Source of the DNA: Fibrobacterota bacterium
Lineage (GTDB): Bacteria > Fibrobacterota > Fibrobacteria > UBA11236
Direction of reading: 5' to 3'
DNA: 14,954 nt
Assembly: GCA_043753995.1 (NCBI GenBank)
Contig: JAYUVP010000044.1
Span: forward strand, 1-14,954
Below the pieces are notes generated by a model. The model searched no databases and was not told where the DNA came from. It saw only the letters and a list, made by a program, of their open reading frames with translations. Position numbers and translations under genes: made by a program. How positions within the stretch are numbered: position 1 is the first letter of the stretch; each line of letters starts with the position of its first letter. This document shows, piece after piece, positions 1 to 7,615 of the stretch.

Positions 1-200
1 CCGGTGGCGGCGTCACGCACCGCAAATCCGACCAAGGCCTCTTCTGGCATGAATGCCGGGGTGGATTTGGCTTTGGGGCCTCCCATGGCCAAGATGGCAA
101 ATGCCAAAACCGCCGCCATGGCCCTGGTCCAGGTGCTTTTCGGCGAATCGAGTTGCAGTCTAAGGCCAAGGAAGGAAAGCATGCGATATGGAAATTGCAT
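1..200 (-). CDS. Partial CDS (N-terminus only, runs off the left edge): probable exported protein, possibly D-Ala-D-Ala carboxypeptidase DacB/PBP4 or serine beta-lactamase-like
   Basis: Manual translation from the ATG at 200 is open to the edge: MQFPYRMLSFLGLRLQLDSPKSTWTRAMAAVLAFAILAMGGPKAKSTPAFMPEEALVGFAVRDAATG. It has a hydrophobic signal-like stretch (AMAAVLAFAILAMGG) followed by VGFAVRDAATG, which resembles the vG..v.D..tG first strand of penicillin-recognising serine enzymes. In-frame ATGs at 182 and further downstream are alternative starts. The SxxK motif would lie outside the window. Confidence 0.5.
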   Translation of the reverse strand, partial: MQFPYRMLSFLGLRLQLDSPKSTWTRAMAAVLAFAILAMGGPKAKSTPAFMPEEALVGFAVRDAAT

Positions 201-210
201 TTTTCCATTC

Positions 211-216
211 GAGGTG
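211..216 (+). promoter_or_regulatory. Shine-Dalgarno site for the thioesterase gene
   Basis: GAGGTG lies 5 nt upstream of the ATG at 222. Confidence 0.65.
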
Positions 217-221
217 ATTCT

Positions 222-719
222 ATGCCCGCAATTCAAACTGTATCCCATACCCGCACCGAGAGCAGCGAAATTATCCTTCCTGGCGACTTGAATTATCTCG
301 GCTACCTATTCGGAGGCCGTATGGTTTCCTTGATTGACAAAGTGGCTGCCATTGCAGCGCTAAAACATGTGCGCAATGTGGTGGTCACCCTCTCCATCGA
401 CAGTCTCACCTTCAAGCAACCGGTTCTGGGTGGAGCTATTGTCACCTTGCAATCCTGCGTAAATCGCGTTTTCAAGCATTCCCTCGAAGTGGGCGTCATC
501 GCCGATACCCTGAACCCCGGCACCGAAAATCCTCAGCGCGTTTGCTCGGCTTACCTGACCTTTGTGGCTCTTGATGCCGCTGGGCATCCCACCACCATAG
601 CCCCCATCCTTCCCGAATCCCCGGAAGAGAAGCGCCGCTTTGACGAGGCCTTGATTCGGCGGGACCATCGCCTGCTCTTGCAAAAAGAATTGGGTAAAAC
701 AGAAAAGGCGTCGCATTGA
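222..719 (+). CDS. Acyl-CoA thioesterase, hotdog fold (YciA/BFIT_BACH-like), 165 aa
   Basis: Motifs PGDLNYLGYLFGGRMVSLIDKVAAIAA, VVTLSIDSLTFKQPV and AYLTFVALD, plus the C-terminal helix PESPEEKRRFDEALIRR. Start moved from TTG 153 to ATG 222 because of the strong SD and the family-typical length. Confidence 0.9.
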   Translation: MPAIQTVSHTRTESSEIILPGDLNYLGYLFGGRMVSLIDKVAAIAALKHVRNVVVTLSIDSLTFKQPVLGGAIVTLQSCVNRVFKHSLEVGVIADTLNPGTENPQRVCSAYLTFVALDAAGHPTTIAPILPESPEEKRRFDEALIRRDHRLLLQKELGKTEKASH

Positions 720-2734
720 ATTCTGGCTTGCCAACTAAAACGGAACCGCTTGTGCCGGAGCGGAGGCTGCGCCTGGCCATGGTGCAAATGCGGGTCTATC
801 CCGGCGATCCGCAGCGAAATGCGGAAAGCGCCATGGCATGGTTGCGGAGGGCCGAAGCCGAAGGCGCCGACCTCGCCGTCTTTCCAGAAATGTGCCTGCC
901 GGGATATTTGCTCGGCGATACGTGGGAGCGCTCCAGCTTTGTCGTCGAATGCGAAACTCAGGCTGCAAGACTCATTGCAGCTACCCGAGGATTGAAATGT
1001 GCCGCAATCTTTGGCACGGTGGCGCGTAACCTTTCCGGCGCCAAGGGCGAAGATGGGCGGCCGCGTAAGCACAATGCCTTCATCTTCGCCCAAGGCGGCG
1101 AAGCTTGGTGGCATCCGGTTTTGAATGCTCCTTATGGCGTGAAAACCCTGCAACCGAATTATCGTGAATTCGACGACACCCGTCACTTCTATGATACCCG
1201 AAGACTGGCGCAAGATGCCCATCGTCTTTGGTCCGATTTTGTTGTGCCCGTCGCCGCTGAATTCCAGGGCGGCACTTTTCGCCTGGGAGCCCACCTTTGC
1301 GAGGACGCGTGGCAAGAAGACTATGTGCAAAAGCCTCTCGATGCCTTGGCTCAAGCCGGATCGGATTTACTGATCAATCTCAGCGCCTCGCCTTTCACCC
1401 GCGGCAAGAATGGTAAGCGCAATCGCGTTTTTACCGCGCAGGCGAATAGGCTGGCCTTGCCCTTGGTTTATGTGAATGCCGTGTCCTTGCAGAATAATGC
1501 CAAAACCGTTTATGCCTTCGATGGCCGCAGCACTTTGTATGCCCCGGGCGGTCAAATCGCCTTGGAATTGCCGGGCTTCAAGGAAGCTATGGGGTTCGCC
1601 GACCTGACGTGGAAAGCGACCGACCCAGGTCCTGCGGAAGTGACGGAAGCTTGGGTGTTACCTGAGGTGGGGCGGGTTGCGGAGGGCGTTGCTGCACGTT
1701 CGCAGCCGGAGGAAATAGCGGAAGTGCATGCCGCCTTGCGCTTCGGCTTGGCGGCGTTTCTGGAACAGCATGGCCTGAAGCGGGTGGTGATCGGCGTTTC
1801 CGGAGGCATAGACAGCGCCGTTTCGGCCGCTTTGTTCCGGGAAATCTTGCCGCCGGAGCAATTGCTCTTGGTGAATATGCCCAGTCTTTTCAATAGTCGG
1901 ACCACGCGCGACCTCGCCGAAGACTTGGCCCGCCGTCTCGAATGTCCTTATCTGATCTTGCCTATAGGCGACGCGGTTGCCCAGTCCACGGCGCAAATCA
2001 ATGGTGCGGTGGCGCGAGTTCCTGGCGGCAGTGAGAGTAGCGCGCAAGTGACCTTGCATCTCGCCGGTCTAGCCCTGGAGAATGCGCAAGCCCGTGATCG
2101 TGGCGCCCGGCTTTTGGCTGGCGTGGCGGCGGCTTTCGGCGGTGTCTTCGTTTGTAATACCAATAAGGCCGAAATGACGGTAGGCTATGGCACGCTCTAC
2201 GGCGATATCGCCGGGTTTTTAGCGCCTCTCGCTGATTTGTGGAAAGCCGATGTCTATGCCTTGGGACGCTATTTGAACGAGTTCGTCTTCGCCCGCGAAG
2301 TGATTCCCGAAGGCATATTCCAAGTGATTCCCAGTGCCGAATTGAGCGCCGACCAGTCGGTGGACGATGGCAAGGGCGATCCTCTGCATTATCCCTATCA
2401 CGACAGGCTTTTCTTCGCCTTCGTGCAGCGCTGGAATCGCGCCACTCCCGAAGAAATTCTGGAAGCTTATCTCGACGGTAGCTTGAACCGGGACCTGGGC
2501 TTACAGGGTGTAGATGCCTACGCTCTCTTTCCCCATGCCACGGCCTTCATCGCTGACCTGGAAAAATGGTGGAATCTATATCACGGCATGGGCGTGGTGA
2601 AACGATTGCAAGCACCACCGGTCATGGCCGTCAGTTCACGGGCTTTCGGCTTTGATCATCGTGAATCCTTGCTGCCTGCTTTTTATTCGACGCGGTATGT
2701 CGAGCTCAAGGCCAAAGCCCTTGATCGCGGCTGA
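716..2734 (+). CDS. nadE: Glutamine-dependent NAD+ synthetase (carbon-nitrogen hydrolase domain plus NAD synthetase domain)
   Basis: Nitrilase-type E-K-C triad in FPEM, KTLQPNYREFDD and LCEDAW, plus NLSASPF. Synthetase motifs GVSGGIDSAV, ENAQARDR, NKAE..VGYGTLYGD, PSAELSADQ and KRLQAPP. The TTG start overlaps the upstream TGA (TTGA); GTG at 752 is an alternative start. Confidence 0.96.
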   Translation: MNSGLPTKTEPLVPERRLRLAMVQMRVYPGDPQRNAESAMAWLRRAEAEGADLAVFPEMCLPGYLLGDTWERSSFVVECETQAARLIAATRGLKCAAIFGTVARNLSGAKGEDGRPRKHNAFIFAQGGEAWWHPVLNAPYGVKTLQPNYREFDDTRHFYDTRRLAQDAHRLWSDFVVPVAAEFQGGTFRLGAHLCEDAWQEDYVQKPLDALAQAGSDLLINLSASPFTRGKNGKRNRVFTAQANRLALPLVYVNAVSLQNNAKTVYAFDGRSTLYAPGGQIALELPGFKEAMGFADLTWKATDPGPAEVTEAWVLPEVGRVAEGVAARSQPEEIAEVHAALRFGLAAFLEQHGLKRVVIGVSGGIDSAVSAALFREILPPEQLLLVNMPSLFNSRTTRDLAEDLARRLECPYLILPIGDAVAQSTAQINGAVARVPGGSESSAQVTLHLAGLALENAQARDRGARLLAGVAAAFGGVFVCNTNKAEMTVGYGTLYGDIAGFLAPLADLWKADVYALGRYLNEFVFAREVIPEGIFQVIPSAELSADQSVDDGKGDPLHYPYHDRLFFAFVQRWNRATPEEILEAYLDGSLNRDLGLQGVDAYALFPHATAFIADLEKWWNLYHGMGVVKRLQAPPVMAVSSRAFGFDHRESLLPAFYSTRYVELKAKALDRG

Positions 2735-2755
2735 AGTTTGCCGCACAAGGCGGAG

Positions 2756-3460
2756 CTACTCGCCCAAATAAGCTTCCTTGATGCGAGCGTCATGCGAGAG
2801 GGTCTTGGAGTCGCCATCCATGATGACGCGTCCGGTTTCCAGCACATAGGCGCGATGGGAACGGGCCAAGGCGAGATGGGCATTTTGCTCGACCAGCAAA
2901 ACCGTGGTGCCATCGTGATTGATGGCCTCAATGGCCTTGAATATGGTTTGCACCATGATGGGAGCCAAGCCCAGCGACGGTTCGTCCAAGAGCAATAAAC
3001 GAGGACGCGACATCAAGGCGCGGCCAATGGCAAGCATTTGTTGCTCACCTCCACTCAAAGTCCCCGACAATTGATGAAGCCTTTCCTGCAGGCGGGGAAA
3101 AAGCGCGAAGACTTTATCCATATCGCTCTTGGTATGAGCCGACGATTGCAAATAGGCGCCCATTTGCAAGTTCTCAAGTACGCTCAAATTGGCGAAGACG
3201 GCGCGCCCTTCGGGCACGAGACTAATGCCGAGCGCGGTCACCCGGTGCGTCGGGATTTTGCGCAAGGGACGCCCTTCGAAGAAGATCTCACCCTGGTTCG
3301 GCGGAGTCAAACCGACAATGCAGCGCAAGGTCGTGCTCTTGCCCGCGCCATTAGCGCCAATCAAGGTGACGATTTCACCTTGCTCCACCTTTAGGCTGAT
3401 ATCGGTTAGGGCCTGAACCGCACCATAGCAGGCGGAGACGTTTTGCAGGGAGAGCATCAC
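2756..3460 (-). CDS. livF: Branched-chain amino acid ABC transporter ATP-binding protein LivF
   Basis: Walker A GANGAGKST, VPEGR, signature LSGGEQQM, Walker B LLLDEPSLGLAP, EQN switch and terminal AYLG. Start is either GTG 3460 or ATG 3457; both overlap the livG stop. Confidence 0.95.
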   Translation of the reverse strand: MMLSLQNVSACYGAVQALTDISLKVEQGEIVTLIGANGAGKSTTLRCIVGLTPPNQGEIFFEGRPLRKIPTHRVTALGISLVPEGRAVFANLSVLENLQMGAYLQSSAHTKSDMDKVFALFPRLQERLHQLSGTLSGGEQQMLAIGRALMSRPRLLLLDEPSLGLAPIMVQTIFKAIEAINHDGTTVLLVEQNAHLALARSHRAYVLETGRVIMDGDSKTLSHDARIKEAYLGE

Positions 3461-4218
3461 GCATTCCCCAAATAGGCGGCAACCACCTTGGGGTGATTTC
3501 GAACGTGATCCGCGTCACCTTCGGCTATGGTTTCGCCATGGTCAATGACATGGATGTTTTCGCATACGCCCATGACCACCTTCATATTGTGCTCCACCAA
3601 AAGCACGGCGCAGCCGAATTCGTCGCGCAGGCGGTGAATCAGGCGCATCAATTCCCGGGACTCCTGTGGATTCATTCCCGCCGCTGGCTCATCGAGCAAA
3701 AGCAGGCGCGGGGAAATGGCGAGCGCGCGCGCGATTTCCAAGCGGCGCTGGGAACCATAAGGGAGGTTGGCCGCGCATTCCTGGGCGAGGTCGGCTAGGC
3801 CAAGCAAGCTGAGTAAATGTAGGGCGGATTCGCGAAAGGTTTTTTCCTCGTCGCTGAAAAGCTTGGTGCGCAATAGGCAACCGATAAGGCCTTGTTTACG
3901 GTGCATATGCTTGGCCACCAGCACATTGTCGATGACGCTGAGAGCGCTGAATAAGCGAATGTTTTGAAAGGTGCGAGCAATGCCGGCCGCGGCGATGCGA
4001 TGCGGCCGCAAGCCTTCGATGGCTTTGCCCTGCAGGCGAATGGCCCCTTCGGTGGGAGGATAGATGCCGGTGATGAGATTGAATACCGTGGTCTTACCGG
4101 CTCCGTTGGGGCCAATCAAACCGAACAATTGCCTTTCCTGCACTTCGAAGGAAAGATCCTTGACGGCAGTGAGGCCACCGAAGCGCCGCGTGACTCCTTC
4201 GAGGGCCAAGAGTGCCAT
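3457..4218 (-). CDS. livG: Branched-chain amino acid ABC transporter ATP-binding protein LivG
   Basis: FGGLTAV, Walker A GPNGAGKTT, RTFQNIRLF, LivG-type LPYG..RRLEIARAL, LDEPAAGMN, EHNM and terminal AYLG. Confidence 0.95.
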   Translation of the reverse strand: MALLALEGVTRRFGGLTAVKDLSFEVQERQLFGLIGPNGAGKTTVFNLITGIYPPTEGAIRLQGKAIEGLRPHRIAAAGIARTFQNIRLFSALSVIDNVLVAKHMHRKQGLIGCLLRTKLFSDEEKTFRESALHLLSLLGLADLAQECAANLPYGSQRRLEIARALAISPRLLLLDEPAAGMNPQESRELMRLIHRLRDEFGCAVLLVEHNMKVVMGVCENIHVIDHGETIAEGDADHVRNHPKVVAAYLGNA

Positions 4219-5213
4219 CAGCGTTTCTCCTTACGACGCATGCTTCCGGAGACTTTTCCGCCGAGCAGCCCTTGGGGGCGATATATCATGATCAGGATAA
4301 GCGCCAGGGAATACAGCACCATGCGCCACTGATCGAAATCACGAAATAACTCAGGCAAAATCGTGAGGACAATGGCACCTAAAACCGATCCCAGTAAGCT
4401 TCCCAAACCACCTAGGGCGATCATGATGATGATTTCAAAGCTTTTCACGAAGGTAAAGCTATTGGTGTGCAAGTACATGGTGAAATGACCGAAGAGGCAT
4501 CCGGCCATTCCCGCAAATGCGGCACCGATGACAAAGGCCAAGACCTTGGTGCGGGTGAGATCTATGCCCATGGCCTGAGCCGCGATTTCATTCTCTCGCA
4601 CAGCCAAAAAGGCCCGGCCATAACTGCTTTTCACCAGATTGCGCACGGTGACAATGGCCGCTCCCGCCAAACCCGCCACCCAAAAAAAGGTGGTCAACGA
4701 AGCCAATCCCGAAAAGCCGCGCGCGCCTCCTACGGCATCGATATTGAGTATGAGGACGCGAATAATTTCGCCGAAACCCAAGGTGACAATGGCGAGATAA
4801 TCGCCTTTCAGCCTCAAGGAGGGGATGCCGACGACTAAACCGGCCAAGGCCGAAGCTGCGGCAGCAATCAATAGGGCGAAGCTCAGGAGTATGCCGTCGG
4901 CCAAGGCTGGAGGCAAGCCACCTAGGTAGGGCGTGATATGCGGCCCAGCATAAACCGTGAATGAAGCCGCCGTATAGGCTCCTACCGCGAAAAATCCGGC
5001 GTGGCCAATGGAAAACTGCCCAGTAATGCCATTCGTGAGATTAAGGCTAACGGCAAGCACCACATTGATGCCCGCAAGCATGAGTATTTGATAAAAATAC
5101 GGCCCTTGATTGAAGCCGCCACCCAGTAACCAGGACGTGACGCCCCAATGCAGGAGATAAAGACCCAGCAAGGCGGGTGCAGCATAAAGTAAGGCTTTAG
5201 GTAGGCGAGTCAA
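4218..5213 (-). CDS. livM: Branched-chain amino acid ABC transporter permease LivM
   Basis: SLNL..GITGQFSIGHAGF, LRLKGDYLAIVTLGFGEI, S.YGRA..AVRENEIAA.AMGI, GGLGS..G, RPQGL, and multiple hydrophobic segments. Confidence 0.94.
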   Translation of the reverse strand: MTRLPKALLYAAPALLGLYLLHWGVTSWLLGGGFNQGPYFYQILMLAGINVVLAVSLNLTNGITGQFSIGHAGFFAVGAYTAASFTVYAGPHITPYLGGLPPALADGILLSFALLIAAAASALAGLVVGIPSLRLKGDYLAIVTLGFGEIIRVLILNIDAVGGARGFSGLASLTTFFWVAGLAGAAIVTVRNLVKSSYGRAFLAVRENEIAAQAMGIDLTRTKVLAFVIGAAFAGMAGCLFGHFTMYLHTNSFTFVKSFEIIIMIALGGLGSLLGSVLGAIVLTILPELFRDFDQWRMVLYSLALILIMIYRPQGLLGGKVSGSMRRKEKR

Positions 5214-6109
5214 ACTTTTTCCACTTGTCCTTTGCCTAAAATGCCTTCAGGCTTGAACAATAAAATGGCAATCAAAATCAAAAACGCAATGGCATCGCGA
5301 TAGGTGGAACTGCCATAGCCCGAGACCATGACTTCGGCCATTCCCAAGATAAGGCCACCCAGGACGGCACCGAAAATATTACCGATGCCCCCCAATACCG
5401 CCGCCACAAAGGCCTTGAGCCCAGTCATGACTCCCATCAGGGGGTCAATGCCGGGAATATTAATGGAAACTAAGATGCCACCCGCCGCCGCGAGTGAAGA
5501 GCCAAGGGCAAATGTCATGGCGATGATGGCACCGGGATTGATGCCCATAAGCCTTGCGGCGTCGAGATTGAAAGAGACGGCTCGCATGGCCTTGCCGGTA
5601 CGAGTGCGAAATACGAAAAGGTTGAGTAAAACCATCAAGACAATGGCCACGGCCAAAACCACGAGTTGTTGATTGGTTAGAGTCAGTCCCGCGAAATGCC
5701 AGGCCGTTTCAGGGATCAATTGCGGGAAAAATTTTGGATCGGCACCGAAGACGATTTGGCTAAGGTATTCGATGAAAAGCGAAACCCCGATAGCGACAAT
5801 GAGCAAGGTGAGCCGCGAAGCCTTGCGCACCGGCCGATACGCGAATCGCTCGATAATAAGACCGACACCTGCGCAAGCGATCATCGAAACCAGCATCACT
5901 AAGAGAGCGTCGAGCAGGGGAAAAGAAGTTCGCCCCCCTATCAGCTTAGCTGCGAAATAACCCACATAGGCGCCGAGCATATAAACGTCGCCATGGGCAA
6001 AATTGATCAACCGCAAAACGCCATACACCATAGTATAGCCAAGCGCCACCAGGGCATAAATGCTCCCCAGGGAAATGCCGTTGATGAGCTGTTGGAGGAA
6101 TGTAATCAA
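5210..6109 (-). CDS. livH: Branched-chain amino acid ABC transporter permease LivH (299 aa from TTG 6109)
   Basis: QQLINGISLGSIYALVALGYTMVYGVLRLINFAHGD, TRTGKAMRAVS, KAFVAAVLGGIG and KPEGILG. The ORF-track start at 6166 adds 19 residues translated from a heptamer repeat, so TTG 6109 better fits the usual family N-terminus. Confidence 0.93.
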   Translation of the reverse strand: MITFLQQLINGISLGSIYALVALGYTMVYGVLRLINFAHGDVYMLGAYVGYFAAKLIGGRTSFPLLDALLVMLVSMIACAGVGLIIERFAYRPVRKASRLTLLIVAIGVSLFIEYLSQIVFGADPKFFPQLIPETAWHFAGLTLTNQQLVVLAVAIVLMVLLNLFVFRTRTGKAMRAVSFNLDAARLMGINPGAIIAMTFALGSSLAAAGGILVSINIPGIDPLMGVMTGLKAFVAAVLGGIGNIFGAVLGGLILGMAEVMVSGYGSSTYRDAIAFLILIAILLFKPEGILGKGQVEKV

Positions 6110-6120
6110 GGGGGAGATTA

Positions 6121-6155
6121 AGTAAAAAGGAAAAAGTTGAAAGTTAAAAGTGAAC
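6121..6155. repeat. Five tandem degenerate heptamers, with inverted related copies at about 6231-6266
   Basis: AGTAAAA AGGAAAA AGTTGAA AGTTAAA AGTGAAC in exact 7-nt register. The minus strand of 6231-6266 carries AAGGAAAAAGTG and GTTAAAAGTT, nearly identical to parts of this array. Confidence 0.7.
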
Positions 6156-6291
6156 AAGTCGGACACCCAGGACGACCTAGCTTCACCCGTCTCTTCATCG
6201 GATTCACCTTTGCCAATACTATTTCCATCGAACTTTTAACCTGCCCCATATCCTCACTTTTTCCTTCTCGATTCAAATCTCGAACTTGCCC

Positions 6292-7452
6292 CTACGGGGC
6301 AATCGTTCCCTTGAAGACATTTTTGCCGTCGCGTACTTCCAGCACTACGGCGGGCTTGACGGCATTGCGATCGGCGTCGAGTGAGGTGGTGCCGGTCACG
6401 CCTTGAAAGCCTTGAGTGGCGGCCAGGGCCATGCGTATGCTGTCCGGATTGACATTGCCTGCGCGTTTGATGGCATCCGCCAAAACCATGGCGGCGTCAA
6501 AGCCTAGGGCGGCCATGGCATCAGGCACCTTGCCGTCATTGCGCTGCTTGAATTTGGCCACGAAGGCCCGCACCACCGAGCCGGTGTCGTCGACCGAATA
6601 GTGATTGCTGTAATAGCAACCGTTTAGCGCTTCGCCGCCGATGGCCCAAAGGTTTTCGCTATCCCAGCCGTCGCCGCCGAGCAGGGGAACGGTGATGCCA
6701 AGCTTGCGTGCCTGACGAGCCAATAAGCCGACTTCGGTATAATAGCCAGGAACGAAAATGGCCTGGGGATTTTTGGCCTTGAGCGAGGTGAGCTGGGCAT
6801 TAAAGTCTTTGTCACCCGCCGAATAACTTTCGTCGGCGACGATTTGCCCGCCCATGGACGTGAAGCTCTTAATGAAATAGTCAGCAAGGCCGACGGAATA
6901 ATCACTCTTGATATCACGCAGAATCGCCACCTGGGTGAGCTTCAAATTATTGGCCGTGAACTTGGCCATGGCCGTTCCCTGAAAGGGATCGATGAAGCAG
7001 ACGCGGAAAACGAAATCGCCCACCTGGGTGACCTTTGGATTAGTGCTTCCGGGCGAGACCATGGGAATGCGCGAGCGCTGGCAAACCGGTCCCGCGGCCA
7101 TGGAATTGGACGAGGCGATTTCACCGAGAATGGCGACCACGCGATCTTTATTGATGAGCTTGGTGACGGCGGTGATGGCTTCTTCGGGCTTACCCTGATC
7201 GTCTTCGCTAACCACGCGCACCATTTTGCCCAGCACGCCGCCGGTGGCATTCAGGGAGTCGATGGCCATCATGATGCCGGAGTGGGTGCTTTGGCCGAAG
7301 GTGGCCGTGCTGCCCGTCATCGACCCATATTCGCCAATCACGATTTCCAAGGGAGCCGGGACGGCGGCGTCTTTTTTCTGACAACTCCAAAACCCCAGGG
7401 AAGCGGTCAATAAAGCGGCCATGCCAAGGGTGGGGTAAAATCGAACGTTCAT
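6292..7452 (-). CDS. livK: Branched-chain amino acid ABC transporter substrate-binding lipoprotein (LivK/LivJ family, 386 aa)
   Basis: SMTG..ATFG, N..GGVLGK, EDDQGKPEEA, GEIASS, FRVCFIDPFQG, DKDFNAQLT, PGYY.E, GGDGWDS, ALGFDA and FQGVTG. The signal peptide ends in a lipobox-like LGFWSC. ATG 7452 is preceded by GGAAGG. Exact ligand is not determinable. Confidence 0.92.
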   Translation of the reverse strand: MNVRFYPTLGMAALLTASLGFWSCQKKDAAVPAPLEIVIGEYGSMTGSTATFGQSTHSGIMMAIDSLNATGGVLGKMVRVVSEDDQGKPEEAITAVTKLINKDRVVAILGEIASSNSMAAGPVCQRSRIPMVSPGSTNPKVTQVGDFVFRVCFIDPFQGTAMAKFTANNLKLTQVAILRDIKSDYSVGLADYFIKSFTSMGGQIVADESYSAGDKDFNAQLTSLKAKNPQAIFVPGYYTEVGLLARQARKLGITVPLLGGDGWDSENLWAIGGEALNGCYYSNHYSVDDTGSVVRAFVAKFKQRNDGKVPDAMAALGFDAAMVLADAIKRAGNVNPDSIRMALAATQGFQGVTGTTSLDADRNAVKPAVVLEVRDGKNVFKGTIAP

Positions 7453-7615
7453 GCGGCCTTCCAGGGTGCCACCTTGCAACAAGTGGCGATGAAGTAACTG
7501 GGTGGCAAAGATAACTATAGGCCTAAAGTCCCCATTCGCTCGCGGTATGCGCTTTGCTAAGTAATGTCAGAAACGGGACGGAGTTTCTCCCCTTCCCGCA
7601 GCAAGGAAAAATCGG

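Noticed and set aside
153..221. Longer thioesterase start (TTG 153) given in the ORF track
   Set aside because: It overlaps the divergent edge gene, and ATG 222 has a strong SD and matches the family start.
551..1354. 267-aa minus-strand ORF
   Set aside because: It is an antisense shadow of the thioesterase and nadE genes with no recognisable motifs; such ORFs are common in GC-rich DNA.
2735..2758. Possible bidirectional intrinsic terminator between nadE and livF
   Set aside because: The core stem is only 4 bp and has no convincing U-tract on either strand.
6110..6166. N-terminal extension of LivH (MSDLFTFNFQLFPFYLISP)
   Set aside because: It is the translation of the heptamer array; LivH similarity starts at TTG 6109.
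6121..6266. Repeats considered as a CRISPR array or IS terminal inverted repeats
   Set aside because: The units are 7 nt with no spacers, and there is no cas gene, transposase or evident target-site duplication.
6137..6406. 89-aa plus-strand ORF across the livK-livH spacer
   Set aside because: It is antisense to the operon, overlaps the livK 3' end and has no recognisable features.
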